Shown here: piece after piece, positions 56,147 to 64,000 of the stretch
How the letters are laid out: each line of letters starts with the position of its first letter
How positions within the stretch are numbered: position 1 is the stretch's first letter
Assembly (NCBI GenBank): GCA_038321865.1
Contig: JBBQFH010000009.1
Span: 32,001-96,000, forward strand
Length of the DNA stretch: 64,000 nucleotides
Reading direction: 5' to 3'
Origin: Gemmatimonadales bacterium
GTDB lineage: Bacteria > Gemmatimonadota > Gemmatimonadetes > Gemmatimonadales > GWC2-71-9
Program-made: the position numbers and the translations under genes
Notes under the pieces: generated by a model
Databases searched by the model: none
Told to the model about the DNA's origin: nothing
Seen by the model: the letters and a program-made list of their open reading frames with translations, nothing else

Positions 56147-58198
56147 ATGCTCCCTCCCCGACTGTGGCCGCTGGTGTGTACCGCACTCGCTGTCGTCGCG
56201 CTTCCGCTTCGCGCGCAGCAGTGGAATTCGCCCGAGGCGCTCGACCTGGTGCGCCGCGGCACGGGCCGGCGCGCGCTGGCCCAGGCAGACTCGTCCCTCC
56301 GAAGCTACCGGACGCGCGCGCACGGCTTCGTGCTTTTTCTTGCCCAGGTCGGGCAGGAAGGCCTCAATGAGGCGCCGCACCTGGTCAAGGGCGACGAACT
56401 CGACGTCGAAGTGTATTGGAAGGCCCCGAACCGGAGCAAGCAGGTCATCCTCGGCTGGCGGGACGGAAGCTTCCTGCCGAACGAGACGGTCTACCACCGG
56501 GACCACCTCGGCATCGTCACCAACAACTTCGGCGACGTGATCCGGATCGGGGAGGGGGACGAGGTCCGGGACGCGGTGCACCCGCTATCGGCCGCCGGCC
56601 TCGGCCTCTACGATTTTGCCATCCAGGACTCCCTTAGCATCCAGAGCGGCACCCATCGCGTCACGGTGCGCGCCGTCGCCGTACGGCCCAAGGTATTCAG
56701 CCGGCCGCTCGTCGTCGGCACGCTGTATCTCGATGCGACGACCGCCGAGCTGGTCCGCTTCCGTTTCAGTTTCACCCCGGCGGCCTACATCGATCGCGAT
56801 CTCGAGGACATCAGCATCACGCTGGAGAACGCGCTCTACGATCAGCGCTACTGGCTGCCGTACCGGCAGGAAGTGGAAATTCGCCGCCGGGTGAGCTGGC
56901 TCGACTTGCCGGCGCGCGGCATCATCCGTGGCCGCTGGGAAATCGGCGAGTACGAGCTGAACGCGGACTTTCCCGATTCCGTCCTGGCCGGCCCCCCCAT
57001 CGCCGGGCTTCGCCGGGCGAACGATGCGGATTCGACCTGGAAGGGCGCGCTGCTCGATGCGGTGGACTCGGTCGCCGATCCGATCAACCGGCAGGACATG
57101 GCCGCTCTCAGGCTCGAAGTCGAGCGCATCGCCGGCGCCCATCTGCTCAACGGCCTCCCGTCCCGCCGTCTCGCCACCAACTCGCTCAGCGACCTGGTGC
57201 ACGTGAATCGGGTGGAGGGGCTCGCGTTCGGCGCAAGCGCGACGCTCGGCATCAGCCGGAGCCGGGTACAGCTGCGCCCCACGCTTGGCATCGCCACCTC
57301 GGGCGGGAGAGTCACCGGCGGATTCGAGATCCGGGTCGGGAGCGGGGCCACGCAGCTCGTCCTGGCCGCCGATCGACGCGTCCGCGACGTGAGCGACCTG
57401 AGCGTAGTGTCGCCGGTGATCAACTCGATCAGCGCCCAGGAATTCGGCAAGGACTACGGTGACTACGTGCTGCTCGATGCCGTCTCGGGCGGCGTCCGGC
57501 GCCGGCTGAACACGCGGACGGCGCTCAGCGCGAGTGTGGCGTGGGAGCGTCCACGGTCGCTGCCGATCGTCGCCACGCCTGCGACCGGGACCTACCGAGC
57601 GAATCCCGCGTTTGGCGCCGAGCGCTACCGGATCGCGCGGCTGCGGCTCGAGCGTGCCGGCCCCGGACTCGGCGCCCGAACCGGGCTCGGCGGGATGATC
57701 TCCGCCGAAGGGGGCACGGGGCCGACGCGCTATCTGCGGTTCGCCGCCGAGGCGCGGGCCACGGTCGGGCTCGGGCGCAGCCAGCTGGCTGCCCACTTCT
57801 ACGGGGGCGTCGGCGGGGATGGAGTTCCGGCCTACCGCAGCTTCGTCCTCGGCGGCCGGGGCACGCTGCTCGGCGAGCCGTACCGCGCCTATGGCGGACG
57901 GCGCATGGCGCTGGCGCAGCTGGAATGGCGGTTCGACGCACCGGCCCCGGCGGTCGCGCTCGGCTCGTACGCATCCACCGGCCATACCATGACGCTCGCG
58001 CCGTTCATCGCGGCCGGCTGGGCCGACCGCACCCCGGCCGGGTTACCCTGGACGGCCACGGGGGGGATCCGGCCGGTCGCCGGGCTCGCGGCCGAACTAT
58101 TCATGCGGTTGATCCGGATCGAGGCGGGAGTGGGGCTTCGGAACGGCGATCTGGGGGTGACGGTGGATGTCCACCGGGATTGGTGGGGCATTCTCTGA
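56147..58198 (+). CDS. Secreted/outer membrane protein with C-terminal beta-barrel (DUF5686/Omp85-like)
   Basis: Signal peptide ...LPLRAQ; NRVEGL.FG motif; LGGRGTL.G loop; beta-strand-rich C-terminus. Confidence 0.6.
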   Translation: MLPPRLWPLVCTALAVVALPLRAQQWNSPEALDLVRRGTGRRALAQADSSLRSYRTRAHGFVLFLAQVGQEGLNEAPHLVKGDELDVEVYWKAPNRSKQVILGWRDGSFLPNETVYHRDHLGIVTNNFGDVIRIGEGDEVRDAVHPLSAAGLGLYDFAIQDSLSIQSGTHRVTVRAVAVRPKVFSRPLVVGTLYLDATTAELVRFRFSFTPAAYIDRDLEDISITLENALYDQRYWLPYRQEVEIRRRVSWLDLPARGIIRGRWEIGEYELNADFPDSVLAGPPIAGLRRANDADSTWKGALLDAVDSVADPINRQDMAALRLEVERIAGAHLLNGLPSRRLATNSLSDLVHVNRVEGLAFGASATLGISRSRVQLRPTLGIATSGGRVTGGFEIRVGSGATQLVLAADRRVRDVSDLSVVSPVINSISAQEFGKDYGDYVLLDAVSGGVRRRLNTRTALSASVAWERPRSLPIVATPATGTYRANPAFGAERYRIARLRLERAGPGLGARTGLGGMISAEGGTGPTRYLRFAAEARATVGLGRSQLAAHFYGGVGGDGVPAYRSFVLGGRGTLLGEPYRAYGGRRMALAQLEWRFDAPAPAVALGSYASTGHTMTLAPFIAAGWADRTPAGLPWTATGGIRPVAGLAAELFMRLIRIEAGVGLRNGDLGVTVDVHRDWWGIL

Positions 58199-58262
58199 CC
58201 GATTATCCTTAGCGCGACGCATATCCAGCAGCCGCAGCTTTCCCATCATCACGAGTCGCCGC

Positions 58263-60491
58263 ATGCGTTTTACCGACGAGTGGCTGATTCCCACCATCGA
58301 GCCGATGCTGCCACCCGGCACCGTCGCCGCGTTGCAGAAGGACGGCGGCGACAAGCCGGGCTCGGCCTGGGAGGCCCTGGTCGACCGGAAACTGCTGAAC
58401 GACACCCAGATTCTCGAAGCGATCGCGGCGCGCTTTCGCCTGAAAATTGCGACCGACACGGTGCCCGACATCGGCATCCGTGACAACGTGACCGAGCAGG
58501 TCGTGCGGCGGTTCAACGTGCTGCCGCTGCGCATGACCGATTCCTACCTCGAAGTCGCGACCGCCAACCCGTTCGACATCGATGCCGAGAAGGCGCTCGC
58601 GTTCGCCACCGGACGCGAAGTCCGCATGCTGCTGTTGTCGCCCTCCGCCATTCGTGCCGGATTGGAAATGCTCTTCCCCTCCGAGGATGCCGTGAGCAAG
58701 CTGCTCGGCGGGCTCGAGCAGGAGGCGAGCGTTCAGCAGGTGGAGGACGAGGACGAAGCGGCCGCGTCGGCGGAAGAGGCGAGCCACGCGCCCATCATCC
58801 GCCTGGTGGACATGATGCTCGCCGACGGCATTGCCAGCCGGGCCAGCGACCTCCACATCGAGCCGGTGGAAGGCGGGGTGGTCGTGCGCTACCGGATCGA
58901 CGGCGTGCTGCGTCAGGTGATGAAGATTCCGAAGAGCGCGGGCGTGCCGCTGATCTCCCGCATCAAGATCATGTCCGGGCTGGACATCGCGGATCGCCGC
59001 CGGCCGCAGGACGGCCGGGCGCGTGTGACCGTCAACGGCTCCCCGGTGGACCTTCGGGTCTCGACCCTTCCGGCCTCGGGCGGCGAGAAGGTCGTCATTC
59101 GCGTGCTCAACGCCAAGGCGACGGTGCTGACGCTCGAGTCGCTCGGCATGTCGCCGGACGAGCGCGAGATGATCCAGTCGCTGCTGAACAACAAGGAGGG
59201 GATCATCCTCGTCACCGGGCCCACCGGCTCCGGGAAGACGACGACGCTGTACTCCGCGCTGCGGATGGTGCAGAACGAGGGCGTCAACATCGTCACGGTC
59301 GAGGACCCGGTCGAGTACCGCCTGGGCGAGAACATCGTGCAGGTGCAGGTGCAGGAGAAGGCCGGTTTGACCTTCGCGGCCGCGCTGCGCTCGATCCTGC
59401 GGCAGGACCCGGATGTGGTGCTGGTCGGTGAGATCCGTGACACGGAGACGGCGCAGATCGCCGTCCAGGCCTCGCTCACCGGCCACCTCGTGCTCTCCAC
59501 GCTCCACACCAACGACGCGGCCAACGCGGTGACGCGGCTCGTGGACATGGGGACCGAGGCCTACAAGCTCGCGTCCGCGCTTCGCGGGGTCATTGCGCAG
59601 CGGCTGATGCGCCGCCTGTGCACCAACTGCTCGGAGCCGTCGACCGACGAGCCGACGCGGCGCCTTCGGCGCTTCATCCCGCCGGGCATCCAGCTGCGGC
59701 GCGCGGTCGGATGCGCGGAATGCGCGATGACCGGCTATCGCGGCCGCTTCAGCATTGTCCAGGTGCTCACGATGAACGCCGAGCTCGAGCGTCAGATCGG
59801 CGCCGGCGCCACAGCCGACAAGATCGCGGAGGCCGCGAAAGCGAATGGGATGCAGTCGCTGTGGCAGAGTGGGCTTCGCCACGTCCTCGCGGGCGAATCC
59901 ACGATCGAGGAGCTGCTGCGCGTCACCGACATGCCGGTGGAGGTTGTGGCCCCGCCACCCGCGTCGGATGCGGCGCCGTCTCCGACGCGCCCGCTCGATC
60001 CCCCCTCGCGCGGCTATGGCCGTCCCAACAGCATCGAGGCGGATCTTGGCATCGGCTTCGAACTGATCGACGAGCCGGGGACGGCGGATGGGGCGCCGGT
60101 CGAGCCGAAAGCCCATGGCGCCAAGGTCCTGCTCGTGGAAGACGAGGATCAGCTGCGCCGCGTGATGCGCGACCTTCTCGAGCGCGAGGGATACGTGGTC
60201 TCGGAAGCCCGCGATGGCATCCAGGCGCTCGACCAGGTGGACCGCCACGCGCCCGACGTCATCATGCTCGACCTCAATCTCCCCGGTCTCGACGGTTACG
60301 GTGTCCTGCAGCAGCTGCGTTCCCGGCCGGCCACGGCACGCATCCCGGTCATCGTGCTGACCGCCAAGGGGGACGAGGACAACGAGGTGCGGGTGTTCGA
60401 GCTGGGCGCCGACGACTTCCTGACCAAACCGTTCCGCGCTCGCGCCCTCTCGGCCAGGCTCCAGGCGGTCCTCACGCGCCGCCGCGGCTGA
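58263..60491 (+). CDS. GspE/PilB-family secretion ATPase fused to a C-terminal receiver domain
   Basis: ASDLHIEP, PQDGR, GPTGSGKTTT, EDPVEY, LRQDPD..LVGEIRD, TGHLVLSTLHTN, CxxC/CxxC; REC VEDE..LDL.LP..KPF. Confidence 0.92.
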   Translation: MRFTDEWLIPTIEPMLPPGTVAALQKDGGDKPGSAWEALVDRKLLNDTQILEAIAARFRLKIATDTVPDIGIRDNVTEQVVRRFNVLPLRMTDSYLEVATANPFDIDAEKALAFATGREVRMLLLSPSAIRAGLEMLFPSEDAVSKLLGGLEQEASVQQVEDEDEAAASAEEASHAPIIRLVDMMLADGIASRASDLHIEPVEGGVVVRYRIDGVLRQVMKIPKSAGVPLISRIKIMSGLDIADRRRPQDGRARVTVNGSPVDLRVSTLPASGGEKVVIRVLNAKATVLTLESLGMSPDEREMIQSLLNNKEGIILVTGPTGSGKTTTLYSALRMVQNEGVNIVTVEDPVEYRLGENIVQVQVQEKAGLTFAAALRSILRQDPDVVLVGEIRDTETAQIAVQASLTGHLVLSTLHTNDAANAVTRLVDMGTEAYKLASALRGVIAQRLMRRLCTNCSEPSTDEPTRRLRRFIPPGIQLRRAVGCAECAMTGYRGRFSIVQVLTMNAELERQIGAGATADKIAEAAKANGMQSLWQSGLRHVLAGESTIEELLRVTDMPVEVVAPPPASDAAPSPTRPLDPPSRGYGRPNSIEADLGIGFELIDEPGTADGAPVEPKAHGAKVLLVEDEDQLRRVMRDLLEREGYVVSEARDGIQALDQVDRHAPDVIMLDLNLPGLDGYGVLQQLRSRPATARIPVIVLTAKGDEDNEVRVFELGADDFLTKPFRARALSARLQAVLTRRRG

Positions 60492-60510
60492 GGCCGGCCG
60501 GCCGATCGCC

Positions 60511-60978
60511 ATGACGTCGGTTCGCGTCTCCCTGGTGGACCTCTACGTGCTGCGGGGCAGCGGGCCGGCGCTCGAGTGTCTGGTGCTACGGCGGGCGCCC
60601 GGTGGCCGCTGCCCCGGGTCCTGGGAGGCGGTCCACGGGCACATCGAGGACGGCGAGCGGCCGGACGAGGCCGCCGTCCGTGAAATGCACGAGGAGACCG
60701 GGCTCAGGCCGGACGCGCTGTACAATCTGAGCCGAGTCGAGTCGTTCTATCAGCATCGGCTGGACGAGGTCGCGCTGGTGCCGATCTTCGCGGCGCTGGT
60801 CGGGGGCGGCGCGGCGGTCAGGATCGGACCGGAACACGATGCCTTCGAGTGGCTGCCGATCGCCGCGGCGTGCGGCCGCCTCGCGTGGCCGCGGGAGCGG
60901 CGCGCACTCGACGATATCGAAGGATTGATCGGCAGCGGCAATGCAGGCCTTCTGGAGGACGTGCTTCGCGTATGCTAG
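60511..60978 (+). CDS. NUDIX hydrolase (NudB-like)
   Basis: GHIEDGE...AAVREMHEETG Nudix box; EH. Confidence 0.88.
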   Translation: MTSVRVSLVDLYVLRGSGPALECLVLRRAPGGRCPGSWEAVHGHIEDGERPDEAAVREMHEETGLRPDALYNLSRVESFYQHRLDEVALVPIFAALVGGGAAVRIGPEHDAFEWLPIAAACGRLAWPRERRALDDIEGLIGSGNAGLLEDVLRVC

Positions 60979-61015
60979 ACGGCCGCGGCATCGACTGCCT
61001 GAGCGAGATGCGTTC

Positions 61016-62443
61016 TTGAGGCTCCTTCCGGCGGCCGCGGCTGTCCTGGCGCTGGCTGGTGCAGGTCCCACCGCCCCTCCGTGCATCCATCTCACCCGGG
61101 CCGGCCTCCAGGTGCAGGGCGACGTACGGATCTGTCCCGGGCGCTACTGGCTCACCGATCGGTCCGAACGCGGCGTGATCATCGCGGCCACCTCGAACAC
61201 CCGCATCGACATGACCGGCGTCGTCCTCCAGAGTGGCGACAGCCTCCCCGCTGCCTTTACGGGCATCGGAATCGCGAGCGACGGGGTGAACGGCGTCACC
61301 GTCACGGGCGGCGTCATCCGCGGCTACCGCTACGGAATCCATCTGCAGGGCGGACGCGGGCACCGGGTGCGGGACGTGGACGTGTCGGGGTCGCGGGCCC
61401 AGCGCCTGCTCTCCACCCCGGAAGCGTACCGCGAGGGTGACTGGCTCGACATCTTCCGGCCGGACACCTTCGAGCAGTACGGCGCGGGCGTCTATCTCAA
61501 GAACACCGAGGACGCGTCCGTCACCGGTGTGACGGCGCGGGGGGCGCAGAACGGCATCGGGCTCTTCGCGGTCCGGCGCGCCTACATCGCCGACAACGAC
61601 GTGTCAGGCAACAGCGGCTGGGGGATCCATCTCTGGCGGTCGGCGCACAACACGATCACCCGCAACAAGGCCGACCACAACGTCCGCTGCGAAGGGACGA
61701 TCTACCGCCATGGCTGTGACTCGGCCGCGCTGCTGCTTCGCCAGGAAAGCGATTCCAACACCATCAGCGAAAACGACCTCTCCCATTCGGGCGACGGCTT
61801 CTTTCTCAGCGGCCACCGGCCGTTGCTGCACCCGTCGGTCGGGAACCTGGTGCTCCGGAACAATGCGACCGGGGCCTACCACAACGCCTTCGAGTCGACG
61901 TTCAGCTGGGGCAACCAGTTCCTCGACAATCAGGCCGACAGCTCAGGGTTCGGCTTCTGGCTTGGTTACTCGAGCGGGAACGTCGTCCGGGGCAATACCA
62001 TCCTCGGCACTCGCTCCGCCGGCATCGCGATCGAACACGGAAGTGACAACACGATCGCCGCCAACGTGATCATCGGCGGAAACACCGGCATCTGGCTCTT
62101 CGCGCCTGGGGACAGCGCCGAGCCGAGCCGCGGCTACCACGTGGACGACAACGTGCTCGCGGCGCTGGAGCGCGGCATCATTCTGGAGCGCACGACGCAG
62201 GCGCGGCTCCGCGGCAATCTGTTCGATGGCGTGGGCGACGGGCTGGTGGTGGACGGAGAAGGGCGGGGGGCGGAAGTGATCGGGAACATCTTCCTGCGCG
62301 CTTCCCGGTCCTTCGTTCAGGCCGCCGACCTGATGGCCGGCGGAAACTACTGGGGCGCGCCCGACATGGAGCGCACGCTGCCCAAGGTGAAGGGCCGGGT
62401 CACGATTCTCCCGTGGTGGCCGGCGAGCGCGGCCGGCTACTGA
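61016..62443 (+). CDS. Secreted right-handed parallel beta-helix (NosD/CASH-like) protein (start uncertain)
   Basis: Signal-like N-terminus; many GI.L...N.I..N repeats. Confidence 0.8.
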   Translation: MRLLPAAAAVLALAGAGPTAPPCIHLTRAGLQVQGDVRICPGRYWLTDRSERGVIIAATSNTRIDMTGVVLQSGDSLPAAFTGIGIASDGVNGVTVTGGVIRGYRYGIHLQGGRGHRVRDVDVSGSRAQRLLSTPEAYREGDWLDIFRPDTFEQYGAGVYLKNTEDASVTGVTARGAQNGIGLFAVRRAYIADNDVSGNSGWGIHLWRSAHNTITRNKADHNVRCEGTIYRHGCDSAALLLRQESDSNTISENDLSHSGDGFFLSGHRPLLHPSVGNLVLRNNATGAYHNAFESTFSWGNQFLDNQADSSGFGFWLGYSSGNVVRGNTILGTRSAGIAIEHGSDNTIAANVIIGGNTGIWLFAPGDSAEPSRGYHVDDNVLAALERGIILERTTQARLRGNLFDGVGDGLVVDGEGRGAEVIGNIFLRASRSFVQAADLMAGGNYWGAPDMERTLPKVKGRVTILPWWPASAAGY

Positions 62444-64000
62444 ACACGTCGTCGGCGACGCCGCGCAGCTCGCGCAGGTTGAACGGCTTGGCGAGGTAGC
62501 GCGGGACGCCGGAATCGGTGCGCCCGCTCCCTCCCGCGATCGCGAGCCGGGTTGCCCAGTCGGGGTGTTCCGCCAGGAGCGCTTCGGCGAACGAGGTGCC
62601 GCGTGCCGTTGCCCGGGCATCGGCGACGATCAGGTCATATTCGCACGTCCGCGCCCGCTCGAGCGCGGCCTCTCCGCTGCGGAGCGCATCCACCACATGG
62701 CCGTCCGCGGCAAACAGCGCGCTCACCACGCGGTGCACCGCAGTGTCGTCGTCCACCACCAGGATGCGGCGCTCGACGGCGGCGGGGCGCGGGTCAGCCG
62801 TGGCCGGCACCCAGGGTAACGCGATCGTGAACTGCGCGCCGCCGTCGGCCGCGGGTGAGTAGCTCAGCCGCCCACCGTGTGACTCGATCAGGCCGTAACT
62901 CAGCGAGAGGCCCAGGCCGGTGCCGAGTCCGGGTTCCTTGGTGGTGAAGAAGGGCGTGAACAGGTAGGTGACCAGGGTGTCGGGGACGCCGGGTCCGGAG
63001 TCGGTGACGCGCAGAATGGCCTGCTCGCCGGCGCGCGCCGACTCGATCCGGATGCGGCGCGGCTTCGGCTCGGGGAGTTGGGCCACGGCCTGCACTGCGT
63101 TGGTGATCAGGTTGAGGAGCACCTGCTGCAGCTCGTAGCGATCGCCGATCACGGAGAGGGGCTGACGCGACAGCGCCGTCTCCAGCTCGATCCCTCGCAA
63201 TTTGATCTCGTAGGCAATGAGCAGCGAGGTGCGGGCGACGACGTCGTTGAGGTCCACGACGGCCTTGTCGGGCGTTCCCTTCCGCGCGAACGTCAGCAGG
63301 TTCTGCACGATGCGTCCCGCCCGCTCGGCCTGATCGTGTATCACGCGCAGGTGCTCGCGGGGAAAGTCCGGCAGGGGCCCACGCTCCAGCAGCAGCTCGG
63401 TCAGGCCGGCGATCGAGGTGAGCGGGTTGTTCAGCTCGTGCGCCACGCCCGACACCAGCTGGCCGATCGTCGCCATCTTCTCGTTGTGGATCAGCTGGGC
63501 CTCCATCGCCTGCTGCTCGGTGACGTCCTCGACCAGCGCGACGACGGAGCCCCGGCCCGCCAGGTCGCCCAGGGGCGCGGCCGTCAGGCGGAAGGCCCGC
63601 TGCAGCGAATCCGATCGTGCGACGAGCGGGGCCGGCCGATCGCCCACCCGCGCGGCCTGGATCGCCGCCAGCACCACTTCGGTCGGCTCGAACAGCGTCC
63701 GCGCGAAGTGCCGGCCCACCAGCTCGGACTCGTTCATCCCCGCCATGCGCGCCAGCGACGAATTGGCGCGGAGAATCACGCCCGATGGGCCCACCACGGC
63801 GATCCCCTCGGTGAGCGCGTTGAACGCCGTTTCCCATTCCTCGGTACTGCGCTGCACCATCTCGAACAGGCGGCCGTTGGCGAGGACGACGGACGCGTTG
63901 GTGGCAACGGTGGACAGGAGCCACAGGTCCTCGGTGGTGAACGGCCCCCCCCGGCGCCCGGCGACGGCGAGCGCCCCGATGCGGTCGCCATGCGAACGAA
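62400..64000 (-). CDS. Partial hybrid sensor histidine kinase (GAF-PAS-HisKA-HATPase-REC)
   Basis: GVAHELNNPL, NLITNA, DSGPG, FFTTK..G.GTGLGL, REC VVDDD; frame open to window end. Confidence 0.9.
   Translation of the reverse strand, partial: RSHGDRIGALAVAGRRGGPFTTEDLWLLSTVATNASVVLANGRLFEMVQRSTEEWETAFNALTEGIAVVGPSGVILRANSSLARMAGMNESELVGRHFARTLFEPTEVVLAAIQAARVGDRPAPLVARSDSLQRAFRLTAAPLGDLAGRGSVVALVEDVTEQQAMEAQLIHNEKMATIGQLVSGVAHELNNPLTSIAGLTELLLERGPLPDFPREHLRVIHDQAERAGRIVQNLLTFARKGTPDKAVVDLNDVVARTSLLIAYEIKLRGIELETALSRQPLSVIGDRYELQQVLLNLITNAVQAVAQLPEPKPRRIRIESARAGEQAILRVTDSGPGVPDTLVTYLFTPFFTTKEPGLGTGLGLSLSYGLIESHGGRLSYSPAADGGAQFTIALPWVPATADPRPAAVERRILVVDDDTAVHRVVSALFAADGHVVDALRSGEAALERARTCEYDLIVADARATARGTSFAEALLAEHPDWATRLAIAGGSGRTDSGVPRYLAKPFNLRELRGVADDVFSSRPRSPATTGES

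Noticed and set aside
62400..62443. 44-nt convergent overlap of the beta-helix and kinase genes
   Set aside because: Common in compact high-GC genomes; no sign of added function
1..64000. CRISPR arrays, tRNA/rRNA, IS elements, prophage or defence systems
   Set aside because: No spaced repeats, RNA gene signatures, transposase/integrase motifs or extended compositional shift seen by eye

Overview
High-GC (roughly 70% by eye), gene-dense bacterial chromosome segment; gene content and style suggest Gemmatimonadota, which is an inference. About 59 CDS; no rRNA, tRNA, CRISPR array or mobile element was seen. Housekeeping content: Moco genes (moeA, mobB, mobA, fdhD), gpmI, guaB, three APC permeases, nrnA-nfu-mrp, menaquinone genes (menG/ubiE, ubiD, ubiA, ubiX types), mutM, purD, glmM-glmS, dtd, maf and trpE, plus several signalling proteins. 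Main observations: (1) a 37-aa ORF missed by the ORF track (25988-26101, minus). It has a strong RBS and is almost entirely a lipoprotein signal peptide, leaving the predicted 8-residue lipopeptide Cys-KSYSAPN, and it lies tail-to-tail with a divergent Lgt paralog. (2) A translationally coupled envelope operon: DUF4956-like membrane protein, beta-propeller lipoprotein, metallophosphoesterase lipoprotein, and an Omp85 barrel carrying an atypical kinase-like domain. (3) A local SigW-like ECF regulon readable from three TGAAAC-N16/17-CGTA promoters, one built on the sigma gene's own stop codon. (4) A MarR operator triplet. (5) Many promoters whose geometry implies leaderless mRNAs. All product calls come from motif recognition, not database searches.
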